A DNA stretch of 64,000 nucleotides from the IMG/VR virus record IMGVR_UViG_3300031867_000001, positions 1-64,000 of that record; one strand, 5' to 3'. Position 1 is the stretch's first letter. Each line of letters starts with the position of its first letter. The position numbers and the translations under genes are program-made. This document shows positions 56,725-64,000 of this stretch, in pieces. A model generated the notes under the pieces. That model did not search any database. It was not told the origin of the DNA and worked only from the letters and a program-made list of their open reading frames with translations. Origin of the DNA: a virus (lineage: Duplodnaviria; Caudoviricetes).

Positions 56725-59700
56725 GTGAAGCAATCAATGAAAGCACCAACAATTGATCAGATTGATGAAAAGATTCGTCAATTCATGAGACGAAATACTC
56801 AAAAGTTAGGAAGTCATAATACATATTATATCTATTCAGAGAATATGGATGGAGATGTCACAGGAGAAGCATACGCCGTTAATGAATTAACAAACGCTGG
56901 GTTGAAATGGTGCGTCTATACAAACTATGTCAACTCGTCAGAAGAACGTTATGGTTCTCCCGGAACAATCAACAGCTTCAGAACGACAAGTGGTGGTTCA
57001 ATAACGGATGCAGGTACATTGAGACTTGGTACGGACTGGCCATCTGGATCAGGTACCGGTACACCAAGAGATCCCGCATTCGCTGGAATGTATTCTTCTA
57101 CATTCATCAGTGTTCCCCTTGAATTAAGAAGCTGGGACTATTTTAATGGTCGCAATAATACCAATTACAACGGATATTCAGAATCAGTGGATTTGTATTG
57201 CACATCCACACACGTGTATGGTGTTGTCCGTAAGTTCTATGCAGTAACAGAGTATAACTATTCTGGGGTAACAGCTCCAATGAACATTCAAGAAATCGGA
57301 CTAATGTCGGTATCAAACCAAGGTTCAACACAATTAACATTACATGCCAGAGTTGTTGATTCCAATGGACGACCATCATACATTGTAAAGAATCCAAATG
57401 AAAAATTAACTATTTACGTGTACACATCATATGGTGTTCCAATTTCACTTATGAAGAATGGATATGATGCGGGTTGGAATGGATCAACATGGAAGTTACA
57501 AAATGCAACATTTGCATTTGTGAATCCACAAACGTTCAAAGCATTCTATAACAATTACTTACCGTGTTATTATTGTAATAATCATGGAATCGTCGGTGGT
57601 ATGGAACAGCATGGATCAACATATACAAGTTCGTATTTTTTACACATGTTAGAAGCAAACGATCGTAGCTCAATGTGGTATATGTATTATAACAATTCAT
57701 TCATGCCAGATGATTATCAAGTAAATCATGTTTCCGATTCACCGAGAATCTTATTGGAAGATAAACATCAATACATTGATGCTTATCGTGGTAACATTGG
57801 AATGACTGATGCCGTGTATAGCGATTCATCAGGTGATCGATATGGAGAATTGTGTATTACGAAATATTTTGAAACTGATACAACTGATACATTGGTTACG
57901 AACTTGGGATGTGCGCGGTATACATCTAATACGTCATACTACAATGCTGGATACTATTGGGGAGATTTGAATCTGTGTCGTTTATTTGGTGAAGAATACA
58001 GACCACAATATGCACGTGGAATATTACCAACTTCATATTGCAGCATTAAGAAAATCCAGATGTATAATATCAAAACACATGCATTTGATATTAATGAACA
58101 ATTTTCTTCACATGATGATTTTTATTATCGCGACTATTACAGTTCTAACAATAGACACTATGGACGTGCTTCGATGAAATTTCCAAATGGAACATTTGTG
58201 TCCCGTGCATTGGTATATACAAATCCAAACCCACAATATGCAATCACATCATTCAGCGGTACATATACCGCAATATATGCAACCGATTCATGGTGGGACG
58301 TTTCTACATGGGAGATTATTCCAGAATACACGAATGTACCAGCTGCATTATCCAAGAAGCGATACTATATTACCGATAGCACATACATGTACCCATATTG
58401 GGACAATGCCGAACCGAAGATCATTCCAATGACTCAAAAGAAACAATTAAACTTCACAACAACGATTTATGCATCAAGCGATACATATAAGTTGAGACCA
58501 ATACTCGTGAATGAATCGGAAAGATATATCGTGACATTCTATGAGGCAATATTCATGGATGAAAACATGGATAAAACGTCTTCTTATATCTTATCCGGGT
58601 ATGATGATGCAGCAATCCCACAAGGAACTTCATCCGAAGATAATGGACCAATGTCGATATATCGCAGAATGTTTTATGAAAATAAATTCTGCATGTTCAT
58701 TAATGAAAGACTCAATTATTCAAAAATTGGAAATGCGTCTAAATGCAGAATTTATGATTTCACAAATAGAACATCTCCAACTCATGTGGATTTAATCATC
58801 GACACAAATCCGAATAAGACGGACGAATACATCTTCATCGATTGGGATATGATGAACCAAAGTAGATGGATTGTCGTGTGTGATAATGTTGAAAATGCAA
58901 GTGGTAAGATCTGTACACAAGTCATTGATTTGTCACAGACATTAAATTCAATCACACCAATTGAAATTGAAGATGCTGCAAATCCATACTTAATCAGAAA
59001 TTCCAATTACATCATTTACAAAGATGCAACGGTAACAACCGCAAATCCAACATTCCACGTTTATAATTTGATATCAAATGCGATTGTGAAAACGATTCAA
59101 TTCCCAGCTGGATATGACGGAACATATGTTGGATGTTTTGCATATTCTACAGATGGTACATTGCCCAATACACACATTTATCTTACATTGAAAAATACAT
59201 CTTCCAATGTTTCTATAAAATACTACGTGAATGGTGATTCGATTATTCCAACACCAACAACACTTACACCAAATACAAACACCTTTACAATACCAACATC
59301 TGATAATGTGGTTAATGGAATTGGATATGTAAATGCGAATCAATCATTTGGTTGCAAAGATTGTGGAATGTATGTTGTTGGCTTGAACAATTCAACATAT
59401 TCTACAACGGATTCGACTCTTGGAACATCTTTAATTATATATGATCCGAATGATCCGTTGAACGAATATATTGTTGGCGGATATGCATGCACACACATAC
59501 CAAGCTTACGATACATCAATGATGGAAAACAATTGATATATACTAAATCGACTATATATAACAGCAATAATTCAAATATGGGTAAATGTTGTGTATTGGA
59601 TATTGGACATTTGATGGCAACTCATGAACACAATATTGTTTATCAAGAAACGACATCAAGTAAGTATTATCGAACAAGTGATTGTGTTCCGTATACAAGT

Positions 59701-59925
59701 ACTCGGTGTTGGCAAATTCCATACGGTAAAGGATTGATCGAGCTTCTTAAGACGGATACGAATGTGTATAATTTTTATTATACACCAATCGAATATGCGA
59801 TCCCACATCGTATCGAAGTTCAAACAAAACAAGTCCAAGCATATAACAATCCAATTGCGATATCTGGAATTCAAATGAAAACGGCATTCACAAATTTGGC
59901 AGATCGAATAACTCCAGTTGAATAA
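56725..59925 (+). CDS. large putative tail/receptor-binding protein, pair 1
   Basis: 1066 aa, Y/N/T-rich; shares EIG, YATD.WWDVSTWE and terminal I.H...NNP motifs with 60586-63660. Confidence 0.65.
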   Translation: MKQSMKAPTIDQIDEKIRQFMRRNTQKLGSHNTYYIYSENMDGDVTGEAYAVNELTNAGLKWCVYTNYVNSSEERYGSPGTINSFRTTSGGSITDAGTLRLGTDWPSGSGTGTPRDPAFAGMYSSTFISVPLELRSWDYFNGRNNTNYNGYSESVDLYCTSTHVYGVVRKFYAVTEYNYSGVTAPMNIQEIGLMSVSNQGSTQLTLHARVVDSNGRPSYIVKNPNEKLTIYVYTSYGVPISLMKNGYDAGWNGSTWKLQNATFAFVNPQTFKAFYNNYLPCYYCNNHGIVGGMEQHGSTYTSSYFLHMLEANDRSSMWYMYYNNSFMPDDYQVNHVSDSPRILLEDKHQYIDAYRGNIGMTDAVYSDSSGDRYGELCITKYFETDTTDTLVTNLGCARYTSNTSYYNAGYYWGDLNLCRLFGEEYRPQYARGILPTSYCSIKKIQMYNIKTHAFDINEQFSSHDDFYYRDYYSSNNRHYGRASMKFPNGTFVSRALVYTNPNPQYAITSFSGTYTAIYATDSWWDVSTWEIIPEYTNVPAALSKKRYYITDSTYMYPYWDNAEPKIIPMTQKKQLNFTTTIYASSDTYKLRPILVNESERYIVTFYEAIFMDENMDKTSSYILSGYDDAAIPQGTSSEDNGPMSIYRRMFYENKFCMFINERLNYSKIGNASKCRIYDFTNRTSPTHVDLIIDTNPNKTDEYIFIDWDMMNQSRWIVVCDNVENASGKICTQVIDLSQTLNSITPIEIEDAANPYLIRNSNYIIYKDATVTTANPTFHVYNLISNAIVKTIQFPAGYDGTYVGCFAYSTDGTLPNTHIYLTLKNTSSNVSIKYYVNGDSIIPTPTTLTPNTNTFTIPTSDNVVNGIGYVNANQSFGCKDCGMYVVGLNNSTYSTTDSTLGTSLIIYDPNDPLNEYIVGGYACTHIPSLRYINDGKQLIYTKSTIYNSNNSNMGKCCVLDIGHLMATHEHNIVYQETTSSKYYRTSDCVPYTSTRCWQIPYGKGLIELLKTDTNVYNFYYTPIEYAIPHRIEVQTKQVQAYNNPIAISGIQMKTAFTNLADRITPVE

Positions 59926-60016
59926 GTTATCATGGGGGCATGAGCCCCCATGTGAATATTTTATATCGGTTCACGTAAAATTAATGTTGATTTCACAAGT
60001 GAGGTGATACATTACA

Positions 60017-60556
60017 ATGGCAAATATTTCCAAAGCCAAAGAAATATACAAATCAACACCCGGTAAGATTAATCCAAACAGACCACTTATTTCTGTGCAC
60101 GGTTTGTATGTTGCCGGATTATACCGTCCTCCATATTGGATTGACTCTGTACTGAATATTGTCAAGTTGTCAACAACATCCGCAGCAGATGTTGTATATT
60201 ATACTGAAACGTCTGATACTTCATATCCCGAGAAGAATGGTGTTATACAATTGACAAACATCGATATTGGTGATGCTGACATCATACAATACGGAGAAGA
60301 TTTCGATTCATCATATGAAAAAGATGGTATTGTGCAATTGACCGATATTAGTATTGGTGAACTTGATATCATATCATACGGCAATGATGAGAGTGATGTA
60401 TATACTGAAAAGAATGGTGTTATACAATTAACAGCGGTTAGTCTTGACGAGTATGATTTATATTTAATATCACAAAGATTAAATACTCAACCACCGGGTT
60501 TACCACAATTAAACATTAAACAAATCGGAGTCACAACAACTGCGGTTGTTTCATAA
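60017..60556 (+). CDS. putative tail-associated protein, pair 2 small subunit
   Basis: Near-identical termini to 56166-56711; three EK(N/D)GxxQLT repeats. Confidence 0.7.
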   Translation: MANISKAKEIYKSTPGKINPNRPLISVHGLYVAGLYRPPYWIDSVLNIVKLSTTSAADVVYYTETSDTSYPEKNGVIQLTNIDIGDADIIQYGEDFDSSYEKDGIVQLTDISIGELDIISYGNDESDVYTEKNGVIQLTAVSLDEYDLYLISQRLNTQPPGLPQLNIKQIGVTTTAVVS

Positions 60557-60585
60557 ATAAAAAGAAAGTTAGGTGAAATAATATA

Positions 60586-63500
60586 ATGGACAATATTGCA
60601 AGGATGGATCATATAGATCCAAACATAAATCAATTTATCAATAACATTATCAACCAAACAAAAATGGTTGAATTAACATTACATAATATTTATGAGATAA
60701 AATTAATTGATAAAGACACAAATGATGTTGACACATATTATGGTGTGAATTTAATGACAAATTGGTTTTTCAAAAACCGATACATGGGCGATGCGGATAC
60801 TGCATCAAGAAACTGTTATATTATGATTGGAGATGGTATTGATGCATCACATCAGCCAAGTGTTGATAATCGTGCCATGTATCATATCATAACAAACACA
60901 TACAAATCGAATGATACGTCACAATCTGTCCAACCAGTTGAATATAATAGTACTGATAGAATGATTCTCCAAACAATAAAAGTTTGTAAAACAAAATATG
61001 ATTATAATATAAACGGATATGATTCAGATGTCACGATTAATGAAATTGGTTATGGCAATTCACCAACCATTCTGTATTCTCATTCAAAAGTATATGATAT
61101 AAATGGTACTGAAAAAACAATCATCAAACGACCGAATCAATCATTAGAAATAACATTGTATTGGAAAATTAGCATACCTGAATCCGTATTTACTTCTTTG
61201 GAGACGAATGGTATTTACGGTGCATTCTCACCATATATATTATTACGCGACATTTCAAATAGCATTGGCAACAAACCGCGCATATATCCATATTTACGTA
61301 ATTCTGCAAGAAATTTATGTGGGTCGACAAATTATTCGGATAGTGCTTCATATCGAAAAACATGGTATAGTGATTTTGGATCGACGAGTTATGGTGGCAC
61401 CATTGTTCAAAATGATGATGGATCACGAACATGGAATTCATCATCAGAATCATATGTTCTTGAAACAGATAAATTTGATTCATTCACATCAGTATTATAC
61501 AGAAATAGTTGTCCCGGTTACATTACAAACATCAAATGTGCCGCTTTTTACAGTGGTATATGTTTATTTAGATATTTTAAGTTACCAGCGCCAGAGACTA
61601 TTGAAACGATTGTAAAGACGACGATGTTTTATAATTGTAACTTTTATAATATTATGGGAGTAAATTATCAATATCGAACGAATAATCGTGATTATAATGA
61701 AGATCGATCTGCACAACGGTATTTGCGAGGATATTTGCCAGTTGTTGATATGGACATACAATCAGTTTATCGCTACAATTTTTCAACATCCGCATTTGAT
61801 GTTGAAGAGTCATTTAACAATCCAAAACAAAATGATTACGATTTGACTGGGTTTCATTGTGCATGTTATCAATGGATGAAATGGCCTGACAATAAATCAC
61901 GTGATTCATATGTTTGTACGAATCAAAATACAACAACCCGATTAATTACTTCATTTGATGGAACCGGGGCAACGTGTTATGCGACTGATAAATGGTGGGA
62001 TGTGTCAACATGGGAATTGGTTTCTAATACAGAAGCAGTTGAACAATCATTACAACGTAAAAAGTATTATATATTCAATAAAGCCATCAATCTTGCTAAT
62101 AGCACGTCAACTTTGTCATTGTCAACATCAAATGCATGGATTCCAAATCCACAAACCCAGTATACTAATGGTGTTCATAAAATAAATGAACAATTCGAAA
62201 GACATGTTGATGAAACAAATGCACTTCTGTATGCTAATAACAACAGCATCCGATATATCACACATGCAAATGAAGATTACAACTTCTATGTTCAAAATAA
62301 TATTGTTTTCCGAAGACCGGAAACACAATTCTCAATATGTCCAGCACAATATATTTTTAATAATGTCAATAGCATATTTAGCAATGTAATTCCAGACGTA
62401 CGTTGGGTATTCCTTGGTAATCAATTAATTACAACAACCGGTAAATTGATATATCTGGTGGAATCATATGTTACAAACACACAACCGGGCTATACGAGAG
62501 AAGCATATGGTATAAGATTTTGTATTACAAATTTAGCATTACAAGATGATGCGATCAATAATTCAACAAAAGCCGTTTCTATAAATGATAAATTTACACA
62601 TACACTTGCGAACATCAACAACTATGTGTGTGTAACACATGGTAAATATTTGCTTTGTGACGGATATAATGAACTTATAATCTACAATACAGACACAGAT
62701 GATTATTGGTTATATCCATATAAAATAAACAAAGTTCGCGAGATTCATGGTACAAGTAAAATTATACTGAATCCTTCTTCTGATAATAACCGATGGACAA
62801 TTTATGATTGTGATACAAAACAGATCACACATCAATTTGATGTTCCGTCAGATTATGCACCAACAAAATTTCTTGCATTTGAAGATTGGATTTATATTTA
62901 TGCGACATATGGCTCCACACACGCAATGTTATTGTATACAATATCAACACAAGAACTGAAGCAGATAGAATATCCATCAATACTTGATTCATATGGTTTT
63001 TATGGTTTTACGCAATACTATAATGATTCTACGTATTCCGCAAACGGTGTTTCGAGCACAAACACGGATTACTTCATATCCGACGCGAGCAAATACAACT
63101 CATGTGGTGTGCAATATAAAGATGGAATTTTGTGTATTGTATCTCCTGACTATTACAATTCATTTATCATTATTTCGAGATATAATCCAGAACACATTAT
63201 CAATCAAAGCACATTCTTATCTGAATCAGACTATTCTGGTGTCAGTAGTGCATTAATTCAATTATGTAAAATATATGAAAATTATTATGTCGGATTCACT
63301 GTTGCTTCATACAGCTCTGGTTATTATAGATCAACAAAGTTCTATGACATTGGTAGAATCATCCGTAATGATAATGCGGTTACTTCATCAAATGAATCGG
63401 AGTATCAAGTTGATTATTTATGTTTTAACCGTGATGGTATGAATCCATGGTATTTCAATGTGATGACTGCATATAAGAATAAGATTTATGCATATGGCAA

Positions 63501-63660
63501 TTACTTCAGTGGATGTAATGTTGAAGTTCTTCCACCAGAAGGAATCATAACGCATAAAATCAATTTCAAAACATATACAATCACTCGGTGGAATAATCCA
63601 AAAAAGATAACATTGCCAAAGCTCAGTCTCACTTTAACCAATATCATCAATCACAATTAA
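60586..63660 (+). CDS. large putative tail/receptor-binding protein, pair 2
   Basis: 1024-aa paralog of 56725-59925. Confidence 0.65.
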   Translation: MDNIARMDHIDPNINQFINNIINQTKMVELTLHNIYEIKLIDKDTNDVDTYYGVNLMTNWFFKNRYMGDADTASRNCYIMIGDGIDASHQPSVDNRAMYHIITNTYKSNDTSQSVQPVEYNSTDRMILQTIKVCKTKYDYNINGYDSDVTINEIGYGNSPTILYSHSKVYDINGTEKTIIKRPNQSLEITLYWKISIPESVFTSLETNGIYGAFSPYILLRDISNSIGNKPRIYPYLRNSARNLCGSTNYSDSASYRKTWYSDFGSTSYGGTIVQNDDGSRTWNSSSESYVLETDKFDSFTSVLYRNSCPGYITNIKCAAFYSGICLFRYFKLPAPETIETIVKTTMFYNCNFYNIMGVNYQYRTNNRDYNEDRSAQRYLRGYLPVVDMDIQSVYRYNFSTSAFDVEESFNNPKQNDYDLTGFHCACYQWMKWPDNKSRDSYVCTNQNTTTRLITSFDGTGATCYATDKWWDVSTWELVSNTEAVEQSLQRKKYYIFNKAINLANSTSTLSLSTSNAWIPNPQTQYTNGVHKINEQFERHVDETNALLYANNNSIRYITHANEDYNFYVQNNIVFRRPETQFSICPAQYIFNNVNSIFSNVIPDVRWVFLGNQLITTTGKLIYLVESYVTNTQPGYTREAYGIRFCITNLALQDDAINNSTKAVSINDKFTHTLANINNYVCVTHGKYLLCDGYNELIIYNTDTDDYWLYPYKINKVREIHGTSKIILNPSSDNNRWTIYDCDTKQITHQFDVPSDYAPTKFLAFEDWIYIYATYGSTHAMLLYTISTQELKQIEYPSILDSYGFYGFTQYYNDSTYSANGVSSTNTDYFISDASKYNSCGVQYKDGILCIVSPDYYNSFIIISRYNPEHIINQSTFLSESDYSGVSSALIQLCKIYENYYVGFTVASYSSGYYRSTKFYDIGRIIRNDNAVTSSNESEYQVDYLCFNRDGMNPWYFNVMTAYKNKIYAYGNYFSGCNVEVLPPEGIITHKINFKTYTITRWNNPKKITLPKLSLTLTNIINHN

Positions 63661-63700
63661 ACTCTGTAATCATGGGGGCATATGCCCCCATGATTTATTC

Positions 63701-63737
63701 ATTATATTGAAATTTGAAATATATATAATTAATATGA
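63701..63737 (+). promoter_or_regulatory. conserved AT-rich phage promoter motif, copy 4
   Basis: Same motif after hairpin 63669-63693. Confidence 0.65.
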
Positions 63738-63816
63738 AGAATTAAGGAGTTATACCTCTCCGATCAATGAAAAGGTGATGTCTGCCCCGGACGATAAATG
63801 GGGAGAAAGGTACACT

Positions 63817-64000
63817 ATGAACACAAGAATGATTATTGAGAATAACCTGAAGAAAGTTTTGACGCCTCTCCAGCAGATCGCTTTCGACAACATTGATCTG
63901 CCAAATTCAAAACTGGCTAAGAAGCTTAACCGAACACCACAAAATACGAACTCCATCTCTAAAGCTTTAAAGGCGAAGCTTGAGAAACTCGAGTATACGG
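63817..64000 (+). CDS. partial HTH-like protein (runs off the window)
   Basis: MNTRMIIENNLKKVLTPLQQIAF...NSKLAKKLNRTPQNT; sigma region 4/LuxR-like pattern; GAAAGG RBS. Confidence 0.5.
   Translation, partial: MNTRMIIENNLKKVLTPLQQIAFDNIDLPNSKLAKKLNRTPQNTNSISKALKAKLEKLEYT

Noticed and set aside
52104-63660. Diversity-generating retroelement acting on tail genes
   Set aside because: No reverse transcriptase and no TR/VR pair with A-specific mismatches seen.

Overview
A 64-kb AT-rich segment of a large (jumbo-like) tailed phage genome in the standard genetic code. The host is probably a Gram-positive Bacillota/Clostridia bacterium, inferred from strong AGGAGG RBSs and a GH25-CW_7-LysM endolysin. 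In order, the window holds: virion structural genes and a primase (0-8 kb); large acidic head/ejected-type proteins punctuated by putative prohead-protease sites and carrying SUKH, HExxH, ART-like and ferritin-like modules (9-26 kb); an accessory region with NADAR, Ro60/TROVE, Tpt1/KptA, dCMP deaminase and a pilin-like gene (26-40 kb); ten tRNAs interleaved with seven Y-RNA-like elements, one circularly permuted into a tRNA; a stand-alone Cas7/RAMP-family gene followed by about 1.9 kb of non-coding arrays built from 5-nt NGYNN units (41.7-45.1 kb); the endolysin, several large structured ncRNA candidates, an NrdD C-terminal mini-gene with an HNH insertion, and tail-fibre plus duplicated tail gene pairs (45-64 kb). 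The RAMP gene with its arrays is the strongest candidate for an unusual RNA-guided system. All family calls come from motif recognition by eye; no searches were run.
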